DNA of 64,000 nucleotides from Calditrichia bacterium (GCA_027006055.1 JALTKX010000085.1:668-64667), one strand, 5' to 3'. Counted from the first letter of the stretch, positions 42,734 to 54,149 are shown. Numbers and translations: made by a program. The notes: a model not told the origin generated them from the sequence alone.

Positions 42734-43987
42734 ATGAAACAGTATAATTTGATTCTTGACGTAACCAGCAGTATCGCCACGGCTCTTATTGCCATTCTGT
42801 TGCCGCTGGAGATGGTTTTACCGATTAAAACACAGTACATTATTTATATTTACAGCGTGACCTCCCTTATACTATTTTTGGATTTTATCCGAAACGTCCA
42901 AAGTTATCGTGAGCGGCAAAACAGTGACGAGGCCCATGGCGTATTTCAAAAGCACCATTCGCTCCCCTTGCTGGCCATTGATCTTATCGGCGCCCTGCCG
43001 TTGGGCCTGTTCTCCCTTTCTCCCTATCTGGGTATGATTCAGTTGGTTAAAATGGTGCGCGTGGCCCAATACCAAAGTTACTGGAACCGCCAGACCGTGC
43101 GCTTTAGTGATTATCAGCGATTGGGATTTTTTCTTTTCTGGATTGCCATCGTCACCCACTGGCTGGCCTGCGGATGGCTGGGCCTGCATCATTTTGAGGG
43201 GATTAATGACGCCGTTACCCTCTATGTCCGTTCCCTCTATTGGAGCGTGGTCACCCTAACCACCGTGGGCTACGGCGATATAGTGCCCACCAATAATATC
43301 GAAACACTCTATTCCATGATGGTGATGATTTTTGGAGTGGGCGTTTACGGCTATGTGATCGGTAATGTGGCCCATATTCTGGCCGCCCGCGATCCGGCTA
43401 AGGTGGCTTTTCAAAATAATATGGAGCAACTTAAAGCCTTTGTACGCTACCGCGACCTGCCCGCCGGCTTGCAAAATAAAATCAGGGACTATTATGCCTA
43501 TCTCTGGCAAAAAAGGATGGGCCATTCAGAGTCCGAGTTCCTGGAGGGCCTGCCCAAATCCCTGCGCGAGGAGGTGGAGCGCCACCTGAAACGTAAAATA
43601 CTGGATAAGATTCCGTTGTTCAAAGGCGCCGACGACGCCTTTTTGGACGCCATTGCCTTTCGTTTAAAACCGGTTCTGGCCACGCCGGGTGATTATATCA
43701 TCCGCGAGGGGGAGGAAGGCAATGAGATGTACATTGTCATAAAGGGAAAACTGCAAGGCCATACGGAAGCGCATCCCGATAATACCTTTACCCTGCGCGA
43801 GGGCACCTTTTTCGGAGAAATTGCCCTCATCCAAAAGGAACCGCGCACCGCCACCATTGTGGCGGTCAGCTATTGCGATCTGTATATGCTGGAAAGGGAA
43901 ACCTTTAATTTTGTTTTGGAGCAATATCCGGCCATTGCCGAGCGGATTCGTAAAACCGCGGAAGAACGCATAAAAAGCAACCGTTAA
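42734..43987 (+). CDS. Cyclic-nucleotide-gated potassium channel (MloK1-like)
   Basis: Six-helix core, TTVGYGD selectivity filter and a C-terminal cNMP-binding domain (FFGEIALIQKEPRTATIVA). Confidence 0.88.
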   Translation: MKQYNLILDVTSSIATALIAILLPLEMVLPIKTQYIIYIYSVTSLILFLDFIRNVQSYRERQNSDEAHGVFQKHHSLPLLAIDLIGALPLGLFSLSPYLGMIQLVKMVRVAQYQSYWNRQTVRFSDYQRLGFFLFWIAIVTHWLACGWLGLHHFEGINDAVTLYVRSLYWSVVTLTTVGYGDIVPTNNIETLYSMMVMIFGVGVYGYVIGNVAHILAARDPAKVAFQNNMEQLKAFVRYRDLPAGLQNKIRDYYAYLWQKRMGHSESEFLEGLPKSLREEVERHLKRKILDKIPLFKGADDAFLDAIAFRLKPVLATPGDYIIREGEEGNEMYIVIKGKLQGHTEAHPDNTFTLREGTFFGEIALIQKEPRTATIVAVSYCDLYMLERETFNFVLEQYPAIAERIRKTAEERIKSNR

Positions 43988-44154
43988 ACCCTAAAGCGAC
44001 GTTGAGGCTGTTTCTCTCCTTTGGGATCCAGGGCGCAGGCGGAACACGCGCCATGGTCTTCTTCCGAGAATTGCCTTATAATGCCTTTCACCGTATACCA
44101 GGCAGCCAGCACCACAATAAGGCCCACTACCAGATATTCATTATTCCATTCCAT
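43984..44154 (-). CDS. FeoB-associated Cys-rich small membrane protein (56 aa; below the ORF-track length cut-off)
   Basis: Hand translation: MEWNNEYLVVGLIVVLAAWYTVKGIIRQFSEEDHGACSACALDPKGEKQPQRRFRV. It has one TM helix followed by CxxC. The ATG lies 1 nt after the feoB stop. Its stop overlaps the convergent K+ channel stop. Confidence 0.65.
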   Translation of the reverse strand: MEWNNEYLVVGLIVVLAAWYTVKGIIRQFSEEDHGACSACALDPKGEKQPQRRFRV

Positions 44155-44155
44155 C

Positions 44156-46303
44156 CTACCCCCAAATTTTTCCGATATGATAAACGGTGAACGAAGCCAG
44201 ATAAGCCAGCGTGGTCATATAAAATATCATCAGGGCCGGCCAGCGCCAACTGTTTGTTTCCCGCCTGACAATGGCCACGGTTGCCATGCACTGCATGGCC
44301 AGAACATAATAAACCAGCAGCGACAGCGCCGTCCAGATGGTGTATAGCGGCTTTCCTGTTTGCGGGTCGGTATCGGAGACCAGGGCCTGCCTTAAGTCCA
44401 CGGAGCCTTCATCGGCGTCTTCCAGATTGTAAATGGTGGCCAGCGTGCTCACCATAACCTCGCGCGCCGCAAAGGAGGTTATCAGACCGATTCCGATTTT
44501 CCAGTCGAAACCCAGAGGTTTAATCAGCGGCTCCAGGGTTTTTCCAAAGCGCCCGGCATAGGTTTGCTCGATGGGCGTTTTGGCAAAATCGTTGTCATCC
44601 CCCTGTCCCCCGCTCCTTGGGAAGGAAGCCAAAAACCATAATACAATCGTTACCGCCAGAATGATTTTTCCGGCGTCGGTAACAAACAAACGGGCCCGTT
44701 CCACCATCTGAAGCGCGGTCCAGCGCAGCGATGGCCTGCGGTACGGGGGCAGTTCCATAACAAAGGAAGAGGGGCGGCCCGTCCCTTTTATGGTCTTTTT
44801 AAAGACATAAGCGGAGACCGCCGCCACCAGGATGCCCAGCAGATAGAGCGACAATAGGGTCAGGGCACTGTAGGATATTACGCCGAAAACAGAGCCGGCG
44901 GGTATAAATGCGCCGATGATCAGCACATATACCGGGAGCCGGGCGCTGCAACTCATAAAGGGAGCGATAAGAATGGTGATCAACCGTTCCTTCCAGTCAT
45001 GAACGGTGCGCGTGGCCATAATACCGGGGATGGCGCAGGCAAAGGATGAGAGAAGCGGAATGACGCTGCGGCCCGAAAGACCGGCGCCGCGCATAACCCG
45101 GTCCATCATAAAAGCCACACGGGACATATACCCGGTATCTTCCAATATCCCTAAAAAGAAAAACAGAGCCAGTATCTGCGGTAAAAAGACCAGAACCGCT
45201 CCTACCCCGGCGATGACGCCGTCGATTACCAGGCTTTGCAATAAACCCGGCGGTATCAGGCGGGCGGCCAGCAAACCCAGCTCGTGCATGCCGCTGTCAA
45301 TCCAGTTCATGGGCACTTCGGCATAGGAAAATATGGTCTGAAAGATGGCGGCAAAGATCGCCAGAAAGATAAGGGGACCCAATACGGAATGTGTCAATAT
45401 TTTATCCAGACGTTCCGAAATATCGGACGAAATAATGTCACTGCGGGTAACACAGCGACCGAGCATGCGGTCTATCCATTTATAGCGTAATCGCGCCTCG
45501 GCCATATGCCAGTTTATATCCAGGGCTTCCAGTTCCTTGCGGGCCGTGCCGATGAGTTTTTTCAGACGGGCCCCATCCAGATTCCGGCTCCATTCGCCTT
45601 CAAGATATTTAATGGCGTCATCACTGGAAATAAAACGAATGGCCAGGGAACGGCAGTAGTCCTCGTTATAGTATGTATTCTCTTTCAGATAGTCACAAAC
45701 AGGTTCCAGTACCCGGGAGAATTCTTCTTCCACTTGCAGATGACGGGTTTTAAGGGTATCCTGTTTCCCACCCAGGGCCACAATCCCCCGACGCAGTTCG
45801 TCAATGCCCTTATTCTTTTTGGCTACAACGGGCACCACCATAACACCCAGTTCGGCCTGCAAACAGTCAACATCTATCTTCAGACCGTTTCTTTTGGCCA
45901 CATCCATCATATTCAGGGCAAGAATAACCGGCTTGCCGATATCCATGATCTGGGTCAGCAGATAGAGATTGCGATTTAAATTGGAAGCATCCGCCACCAG
46001 CACAATAATATCGATGACGGAAATTTTATTTTTAGGGTTGGTTAAGATATCGCTGGCAATTTTGTCATCAAGCGATTTTGGGACCAGGCTGTATAAACCG
46101 GGCAGGTCTATCAGCTCCACATCGGTATCGCTGAAGGTAAAGCTGCCGGTTTTCTTTTCCACGGTTACACCGGGGTAGTTGCCCACTTTCTGATGCAGGC
46201 CGGTCAGACTGTTAAAAACGGATGTCTTACCCGTATTCGGATTGCCCACCAGGGCCACGGTCAGCCCGCGGCGCGGCGAGGATACGTTTTCGGAGGGATT
46301 CAT
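44156..46303 (-). CDS. feoB: Ferrous iron transporter FeoB
   Basis: N-terminal G domain (GNPNTGKTS, DLPG, NMMD) and a polytopic C-terminal permease. Confidence 0.95.
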   Translation of the reverse strand: MNPSENVSSPRRGLTVALVGNPNTGKTSVFNSLTGLHQKVGNYPGVTVEKKTGSFTFSDTDVELIDLPGLYSLVPKSLDDKIASDILTNPKNKISVIDIIVLVADASNLNRNLYLLTQIMDIGKPVILALNMMDVAKRNGLKIDVDCLQAELGVMVVPVVAKKNKGIDELRRGIVALGGKQDTLKTRHLQVEEEFSRVLEPVCDYLKENTYYNEDYCRSLAIRFISSDDAIKYLEGEWSRNLDGARLKKLIGTARKELEALDINWHMAEARLRYKWIDRMLGRCVTRSDIISSDISERLDKILTHSVLGPLIFLAIFAAIFQTIFSYAEVPMNWIDSGMHELGLLAARLIPPGLLQSLVIDGVIAGVGAVLVFLPQILALFFFLGILEDTGYMSRVAFMMDRVMRGAGLSGRSVIPLLSSFACAIPGIMATRTVHDWKERLITILIAPFMSCSARLPVYVLIIGAFIPAGSVFGVISYSALTLLSLYLLGILVAAVSAYVFKKTIKGTGRPSSFVMELPPYRRPSLRWTALQMVERARLFVTDAGKIILAVTIVLWFLASFPRSGGQGDDNDFAKTPIEQTYAGRFGKTLEPLIKPLGFDWKIGIGLITSFAAREVMVSTLATIYNLEDADEGSVDLRQALVSDTDPQTGKPLYTIWTALSLLVYYVLAMQCMATVAIVRRETNSWRWPALMIFYMTTLAYLASFTVYHIGKIWG

Positions 46304-46316
46304 GAACGTCAGTCAA

Positions 46317-46538
46317 TCAATTAACGCGAATGCACCGGGCGCGGGAGCGGCGCAGCGAAAGATGATATCCGCGTACATCTATTTCGATCGGGTCCCCCAG
46401 GGGAGCGCTTTTTACAAACACAACCGGCGTGCCTTCCATTACCCCTAGCTCCATCAGGTAATCCATATCCGCGTCATTCTCCGTAAAGCTGTCAATGACC
46501 GCTGTTTCTCCCGGCTTTAAATCGTTCAATGTTCTCAT
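46317..46538 (-). CDS. feoA: FeoA-family protein
   Basis: 73-aa SH3-like FeoA pattern (L..L..G....I......L.ELG...G..V......PLGDPIEI...G..LSLRR). It lies 13 nt upstream of feoB. Confidence 0.88.
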   Translation of the reverse strand: MRTLNDLKPGETAVIDSFTENDADMDYLMELGVMEGTPVVFVKSAPLGDPIEIDVRGYHLSLRRSRARCIRVN

Positions 46539-46670
46539 AAGGCCTTTACGCTTGTCATATTAGTTTAACTTATCGTAACATCAGTTAATTTAATAAGTGA
46601 AACCATATAAATCTACCCAAAATTGAACATTTTTCGGATAAAAAAGGATTTAATTTCCCAGCGCGCCGTC

Positions 46671-48839
46671 CTATAGATTTTTTTTCAGGTAATTACTCAT
46701 CATCGTATAGAGGTGCATATAGCTGTTTGGAGCGTTTAAGGCATGGTTTAAACCGGGATAGACCATAAGATCGAACTGCAGGGCCGAACGTTGCAAACGC
46801 TTTGCCAACTGCATGGTATTTTGAAAATGGACATTGTCATCGGCCGTGCCATGGACAATCAAAAGCTTTCCCTTTAAATTCCGGTAATAATTCAACGTAT
46901 TGGCCGCATCGTAACCCGCCTTATTCTCTCCGGGCAGTCCCATGTAACGTTCTGTCCAAATGGTATCATACAGGCGAAAGTCCGTTACCGGAGCCACGGC
47001 CATGCCCACCTTAAAATATTCAGCCCCGCGGAACATACAGTTCAGGGTTAAATAGCCGCCGCCGCTCCAGCCCCAAATGGCAATGCGCTCCTTATCCACA
47101 TACGGTAGCGTGGCCAGATATTTTGCGCCTTCGATGTGATCCTTAACGGCATATTTTGAAAGATCCCCATAGGCCAGGTTTTTAAAGGCCTTGCCCCGGG
47201 CGCCGGTGCCCCGGTTATCCAGGGTAAAAACCATATAGCCCTCCTTCGCCAGCCATGAAAACCAGACCTCGCGCGTACGTCCCCAGCGGTTTACCACAAT
47301 TTGCGAAGCCGGACCGCCATAGCCGTAAATCACAACGGGATATTTTTTGGCCGGATCAAAATTGGCCGGTAAAAAAGTGCGGGTATTGAGCTTTACGCCG
47401 TCGCCTGTGGTAAACTGCCCAAAGGTGGGAAAGATAAAATCATAATCCTCAAGATTAAGATCATTTTCAACCAGGACGGCCAGTTGCGCTCCATCCTCCC
47501 TCTTTAGCAGGCTGCGGTTGGGCGTATCCGCCGCGGACCAGTTGTCAATAAAAAATCGGTAATCGGGAGAAAAGTTGGCGCCATGCACCCCGGCCTGCGG
47601 GGCGATCAGACGAATATCACCCGTCTTTCTGTTCAGGCGATAGATGTTCCACTCTGTGCCGCGCTCCCTGTTGGCACGGAAATAGATATGGTTGGCGTTG
47701 GCGCCATACACGTCGGAGACCTCCCAGGCGCCGCCGGTCAGGGCCTTTGTGTTGCCGTTGCGGGCATCTACCAGATAGATGTGATTAAACCCCGATCTCT
47801 CACTGGTCCATATAAAATGATGGTCATCCACAAAAAAGAAATTATCATGAATATCCACCCAGGCGGAATCCTCCTCCACCATCAGCACCTCGGATGTGCC
47901 GTCCGCGGGCAAGGCCCGCAGCAGTTCCATTTTATTCTGGTGGCGGTTCAGCCGCTGAATAAGCAAAATATCGGCGTTCATCCAGGATAGGCGCGGGATG
48001 TAGATGTCTGTCTCTTCTCCGATATCCATCCATTGCGTTTTGGCGTCGGCAAGGGTAACCACGCCTATTTTCACAAGAGCGTTATGCTGCCCCGCCTTGG
48101 GATAGCGTATTGTCTCCACCCGGCCGTTAAGCGGCTCAAAGTCGACCCAGCTAAAAGTGGGCTCCGGCGACTGATCCAAACGCCAGTAGGCTATGCGCTT
48201 GCTGTCCGGAGACCAGCGCCAGCCGTCCGATATGGCAAATTCTTCTTCATAAACCCAGTCGAAGGCGCCATTAATGATATCGGCGTTTCCATCGTGCGTG
48301 AGTTGAATGGTTTGGCCGCTTTCCGTGTTATAGGCAAAAATGTTGTTTTTCTCAACATACCCCACCCATTTCTTATCGGGCGAAATTTTGGCATTGGAGA
48401 CATAGGGGTCGCCCTGAATAAGCGAATGAAAAGTTCCCGAGGCCAGATCATAAATAAAATAGCGGGCCACCGTGGAATGACGCCAGATACGTTTTACATC
48501 CGCTTTAAACAAAACCTTCCGACCGTTCTCTATCCATTGATAGGAACTGAAATTGAGAGGTTTTTCATCTCCCGGCCGTATAAGCGCGGCGCCGTCAATC
48601 AACAGACGCTCCTTTTTGCTCTTTAAATCAAAAAGATAAATGGATTTTTTGTTTTGCGAGGAGGATTTAAGATATGTCACCCCCCGGTTACCGGGTAACC
48701 ATTGAACGGCGGTGATGTAGTCCAGGGAAAAAGCGGCCGATTGAAAAATCGTTTCCAGGGTAAGCTCTTTTTTCGCCGGGGGCGTTTTAGCCGGCAGCAA
48801 GGCGCCGAGCATCAGGACAAACACAATAAAATATTTCAT
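46671..48839 (-). CDS. Dipeptidyl-peptidase IV / S9B prolyl oligopeptidase-family serine peptidase, secreted
   Basis: Signal peptide and an N-terminal beta-propeller region. The C-terminal hydrolase has a WGWSGGGY nucleophile elbow, GTADDNV (Asp) and NHAL (His). Confidence 0.88.
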   Translation of the reverse strand: MKYFIVFVLMLGALLPAKTPPAKKELTLETIFQSAAFSLDYITAVQWLPGNRGVTYLKSSSQNKKSIYLFDLKSKKERLLIDGAALIRPGDEKPLNFSSYQWIENGRKVLFKADVKRIWRHSTVARYFIYDLASGTFHSLIQGDPYVSNAKISPDKKWVGYVEKNNIFAYNTESGQTIQLTHDGNADIINGAFDWVYEEEFAISDGWRWSPDSKRIAYWRLDQSPEPTFSWVDFEPLNGRVETIRYPKAGQHNALVKIGVVTLADAKTQWMDIGEETDIYIPRLSWMNADILLIQRLNRHQNKMELLRALPADGTSEVLMVEEDSAWVDIHDNFFFVDDHHFIWTSERSGFNHIYLVDARNGNTKALTGGAWEVSDVYGANANHIYFRANRERGTEWNIYRLNRKTGDIRLIAPQAGVHGANFSPDYRFFIDNWSAADTPNRSLLKREDGAQLAVLVENDLNLEDYDFIFPTFGQFTTGDGVKLNTRTFLPANFDPAKKYPVVIYGYGGPASQIVVNRWGRTREVWFSWLAKEGYMVFTLDNRGTGARGKAFKNLAYGDLSKYAVKDHIEGAKYLATLPYVDKERIAIWGWSGGGYLTLNCMFRGAEYFKVGMAVAPVTDFRLYDTIWTERYMGLPGENKAGYDAANTLNYYRNLKGKLLIVHGTADDNVHFQNTMQLAKRLQRSALQFDLMVYPGLNHALNAPNSYMHLYTMMSNYLKKNL

Positions 48840-48906
48840 GGGAGTACCTCCGGGTTGCTTGGGTTTTGCACTTTATTTAAACCATCTGTTTTAAGAAAAA
48901 CAGCGG

Positions 48907-49869
48907 TCAGGATAGAACACGATTAATGGGCTTTCCCTCAAGAAAAGCGCGGATATTCTCGGCGGCCAGGTCGATCAGCCGTTGCCGGGCCTCTCGGGTG
49001 GCCCAGGCGATATGGGGCGTAATCAGCGTATGTGGATTTTCAATAAGCGGATGCTTTTCCCCCGGGGGCTCTTCACCCAGCACATCCAGCGCCGCGGCCC
49101 GGATACGCCGCGCCCTCAGCGCTTTGTCCAGGGCGGCTTCATCGATAAGCCCGCCACGCCCCGTGTTTATCAACACCGCTTCCGGCTTCATCAGGGCCAA
49201 CGTCTTTTCATTGATTATAAAGCGGGTTTTATCCGTCAGGGGACAATGCAGGCTGATAAAATCACTTCCGCTAAAAAGGGTCTCCCGCTCCGCGGCCTGA
49301 ATCTGATCATCATCCGTTTTAAAGGGCGAGCGGGTGTGCACCAAAACCTTCATCCCAAAGGCCCGGGCAATCCGCGCAACCTGCCTGCCGATGGCGCCAT
49401 AGCCGATTATGCCCAGCACCCGGCCGGAGAGTTCCAGCAAAGGTTTTTCCCAAAAACAGAACATGGGCGAGCGGGCCCAGCGTCCTTCCTTAACCAGGGC
49501 GCTATGATAGCCGGCCTGTTGGCTAAAGTGCAAAATGTAGGCAAAAACCATTTGGGCCACGGAGAAGGTGCTGTAGGAGGGTATATTGCAAACGGCAATC
49601 CCTCTGGCCCGCGCGGCGTCAATATCGATATTATTATAACCCGTGGCTAAAACCCCGATATAGCGCAGGTCGGGCAGAGCCGCCATGTGTTCGTCCCTTA
49701 AAACCACTTTATTGCTCAAAACAAACGGTACGCCGGCAAGATGCTTTTTAAAAGCGCTTTCTTTCAGTTGGTCAAAAAGCAACAGTTCTCCCAACTGGTG
49801 CAGGGGGCGCCAATCAACATCGCCCGCATCCAGGGTGAGGCGATCCAGCACGGCGATTTTATGGGTCAT
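48907..49869 (-). CDS. D-isomer-specific 2-hydroxyacid dehydrogenase (glycerate/hydroxypyruvate reductase-like)
   Basis: NAD fold GIIGYGAIGRQVARIARAFGMKV and catalytic-region NTGRGGLID...TPHIAWAT. Confidence 0.85.
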   Translation of the reverse strand: MTHKIAVLDRLTLDAGDVDWRPLHQLGELLLFDQLKESAFKKHLAGVPFVLSNKVVLRDEHMAALPDLRYIGVLATGYNNIDIDAARARGIAVCNIPSYSTFSVAQMVFAYILHFSQQAGYHSALVKEGRWARSPMFCFWEKPLLELSGRVLGIIGYGAIGRQVARIARAFGMKVLVHTRSPFKTDDDQIQAAERETLFSGSDFISLHCPLTDKTRFIINEKTLALMKPEAVLINTGRGGLIDEAALDKALRARRIRAAALDVLGEEPPGEKHPLIENPHTLITPHIAWATREARQRLIDLAAENIRAFLEGKPINRVLS

Positions 49870-50285
49870 TCAGGCTCCCCGACTTCACACAACTCTATCA
49901 ATATCCCGTTGCTGCTTTTCGGATGCATAAAGGCGATTTTTTTGCCTTCGGCGCCATCCCGGGGTTGTTCATCAATCAGACGGAAACCGCGTTCCCTTAA
50001 GGTGTTAAGCGTTTCCTGCAAATTGTCCACCCGGTAGGCGATGTGATGGATTCCCGTTCCCTTTTTATCCAGATATTTTTGTATGGGAGAATCGGGAGCG
50101 GTGGGCTGCAGATATTCGATGGTGGCGTCACCCACGTGATAGCCCAACACCCGCACCTTTTGATCGGCCACCGTTTCCCGGATGTGTGGCACAAGGTCAA
50201 AGCCTTCGCGCATGGTCTCTTCAATGGCCGACAAATCGGCAACCGCGATACCTATATGATCGATTTTTTTTAACATGACAGACAC
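49866..50285 (-). CDS. Methylmalonyl-CoA epimerase (VOC family)
   Basis: IDHIGIAVADL...GIHHIAYRVDN...LIEL. 139 aa. 4-nt overlap with the downstream gene. Confidence 0.8.
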   Translation of the reverse strand: MSVMLKKIDHIGIAVADLSAIEETMREGFDLVPHIRETVADQKVRVLGYHVGDATIEYLQPTAPDSPIQKYLDKKGTGIHHIAYRVDNLQETLNTLRERGFRLIDEQPRDGAEGKKIAFMHPKSSNGILIELCEVGEPE

Positions 50286-50290
50286 TCCGA

Positions 50291-51760
<1,470 letters not shown>

Positions 51761-51862
51761 CTACCTTTCCACTATTTTTGATGGGGAAAACAGAACGGAG
51801 ACATCGTCCTTTTGCCCGCTTATTATGCCGGTTAAAAAACCGACAAATTTTTAGATATGTTT

Positions 51863-52492
51863 TTATTTATGGTTTAATATTTTTGAAATTCTTTTTTGAT
51901 GCCGTTCCGCCCCGCCGCGCGTAGTAAGAAATGTCAGACATATTTCCCGGGCCGCCGTGGAGCCGATAATTTTACTGCCCAGGGTCAGCATATTGGCATA
52001 GTTATGCTCACGGGCGCTTTTAGCCTCGGTTACATTGTTGCATTTGGCCGCCAATACACCGCTTACCCTGTTTGCGGCCATGGCCGAGCCGATCCCCACA
52101 CTGTCGATCATGATTCCTGCGTCTGCCTCTCCGGAGGATATCTTCTCCGCTACCTTAAAGGCAAAGTCGGGATAGTCACAGGGTTTGGCATGGGCGGGAC
52201 CTAAATCAATAACCATAAAATCATGTTGCCGCAAAAAATCCTTAAGCTCTTCCTTAAGGTAATAGCCCCCATGATCCGAGGCGATGGCGATCTTATGAAA
52301 AGGCTTGTTTAAAAAGATGCGTTGCTCAAAGCGGCAGCGCCCTCCCGTTTCCCCTTCCCGTTCCAGGGCCACTCCCAGGCGGGCGGCCAGGTCCCGGGCC
52401 GCGGGGGTGATCACCGTATCCGTGTCCACGTTAAGCTTTTGTCCCTTGCGCGCCGCATGGCGGATATCTTCTTCGCCGATCAATTTTTTCAT
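51863..52492 (-). CDS. RpiB/LacA/LacB-family sugar-phosphate isomerase homologue with about 65-aa N-terminal extension and altered active-site loop
   Basis: The core aligns with E. coli RpiB (IAIASDHGGYYLKEEL...REHNYANMLTLGSK...RHQKRI). It reads IDSVGIG where RpiB has ICGTGVG. Confidence 0.65.
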   Translation of the reverse strand: MKKLIGEEDIRHAARKGQKLNVDTDTVITPAARDLAARLGVALEREGETGGRCRFEQRIFLNKPFHKIAIASDHGGYYLKEELKDFLRQHDFMVIDLGPAHAKPCDYPDFAFKVAEKISSGEADAGIMIDSVGIGSAMAANRVSGVLAAKCNNVTEAKSAREHNYANMLTLGSKIIGSTAAREICLTFLTTRGGAERHQKRISKILNHK

Positions 52493-52601
52493 AATACTTT
52501 CTCTAAAAAATGGATTTTTATCCGGGGAAAACGGATACTATTTTTTCAGTGTAAATATAGAACACGCAACCATGAGCTTCAAGCCTTGAAGGCGGATCGG
52601 C

Positions 52602-54149
52602 TCAAACAATTTCATCATCACACCCCTGTCGGGCCACGGCCAGCACCTCTCCCCGACGGAGCATCATAACCGCTTTTTCCATATCCAGATTCATCTGCCG
52701 GTCCCTGTCCCAAAAGGGGATGCTCTTACGGACATATTCATGCAAAGCCCTGGTGGCTTTGGCCGGACTAAGAGGCTTGCGAAAATCCAGGGCCTGCAAG
52801 GCGCATAAAAGCTCTATGGCCAGCACATATTCCGCGTTTTCCACAATGCTCAAAGCCTTGCGGGCGGCATGGGTGCCCATGCTCACGTGGTCTTCCTTAT
52901 TGGCCGACGTGGGAATGGAATCCACGCTGGCCGGATGAGCAAGCACCTTGTTTTCCGATACCAGGGCCGCCGCCGTGACATGGGCAATCATAAAACCGGA
53001 ATTCAAACCGCCCTCCGTGGTCAGGAAGCCGGCCATCTCGTTCATGGAGGGGTCCATCATATGTTCAATGCGCCTTTCGGAGATGCTGGCCAGCTCGGCC
53101 ATAAGTATCCCCAGATAATCCGCGGCCAGAGCCACCGGTTCGCCATGAAAATTGCCCCCGGAAAGAACGTCGCCATTATCGGGAAAAACCAGGGGATTGT
53201 CCGTAACACCGTTCATCTCCCGCTCAAAGACAGATTGTACATATTCGAAACCATCGCGTATGGCGCCATGCACCTGTGGGATGCAACGCAAACAATAGGC
53301 ATCCTGTACTCTGTGGTCGGAATCCTTATGGGAGGCCACGATGGGGCTGTCCGCCAGAAGATTTCTGAAGTTGCGGGCCACCTTCTGCTGACCTTCATGG
53401 CGGCGTATCTGCTGGATGCGCGCGTCAAACGCGGTGAGGGTGCCCAACAAGCCTTCCAGCGAGGCGGCGCCGATCACATCGGCGGACTTGAGCAGGTTTC
53501 CTGCCCGGATAAGGGCGAAAACGGCGTTGGCCTGAATGGCCTGTGTGCCGTTTAACAAGGCCAGACCCTCTTTCTCTTCCAACTCCAGGGGCCGCATACC
53601 GGCCTGTTTTAAGGCTTCTTTTGCCGGTACGCGTCTTTTTTGCCCTCCGTTAAAAACAAATACATCCCCTTCGCCAATGAGAGGCAGGGTCATATGCGCC
53701 AGGGGCGCCAAATCGCCGCTGGCCCCCACGGAGCCTTTTTCCGGAATAACCGGCAAAATATCCCGGTTCAGCATCTCCGTCAAAAAGCGAACCAGTTCCG
53801 GCCGGACGCCGCTGTATCCCTGCGAGAGATTTTTTATCTTCAATAATAGCATCAGGCGGGTAATATCATCGGCAAAGGGCTCCCCCACGCCGGCGGCATG
53901 GCTGAGTACCAGGCGCTTTTGCAGTTCCCGGGCCTTCTCCCTGGGAATGCGCACATCAGCAAACTTACCAAAGCCGGTGGTAACGCCATAGACGACGCTG
54001 TCCCGGGCGATAATATCCTTTATGACCTGACGCCCTTTATTAATATTGTCGATAACCTCATCCGACAACACCACCACGGGACGATCCCTTAAATAGCCCT
54101 CGAGCATCTCCAGGCTAAAATCCTGCCCATCCAAAAGAAAACGAGACAT
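52602..54149 (-). CDS. hutH: Histidine ammonia-lyase
   Basis: MIO-forming GSVGASGDLAPLAH and the HAL-type selectivity pair in LVLSHAAGVG. 515 aa. Confidence 0.9.
   Translation of the reverse strand: MSRFLLDGQDFSLEMLEGYLRDRPVVVLSDEVIDNINKGRQVIKDIIARDSVVYGVTTGFGKFADVRIPREKARELQKRLVLSHAAGVGEPFADDITRLMLLLKIKNLSQGYSGVRPELVRFLTEMLNRDILPVIPEKGSVGASGDLAPLAHMTLPLIGEGDVFVFNGGQKRRVPAKEALKQAGMRPLELEEKEGLALLNGTQAIQANAVFALIRAGNLLKSADVIGAASLEGLLGTLTAFDARIQQIRRHEGQQKVARNFRNLLADSPIVASHKDSDHRVQDAYCLRCIPQVHGAIRDGFEYVQSVFEREMNGVTDNPLVFPDNGDVLSGGNFHGEPVALAADYLGILMAELASISERRIEHMMDPSMNEMAGFLTTEGGLNSGFMIAHVTAAALVSENKVLAHPASVDSIPTSANKEDHVSMGTHAARKALSIVENAEYVLAIELLCALQALDFRKPLSPAKATRALHEYVRKSIPFWDRDRQMNLDMEKAVMMLRRGEVLAVARQGCDDEIV

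Noticed and set aside
52602-54149. The ammonia-lyase as a tyrosine ammonia-lyase or aminomutase feeding the Tyr-rich NRPS.
   Set aside because: The selectivity position reads Ser-His (LVLSHAAG), as in histidine ammonia-lyases, not His-Leu or Phe-Leu. The gene is 34 kb from the cluster, on the other strand, among housekeeping genes.
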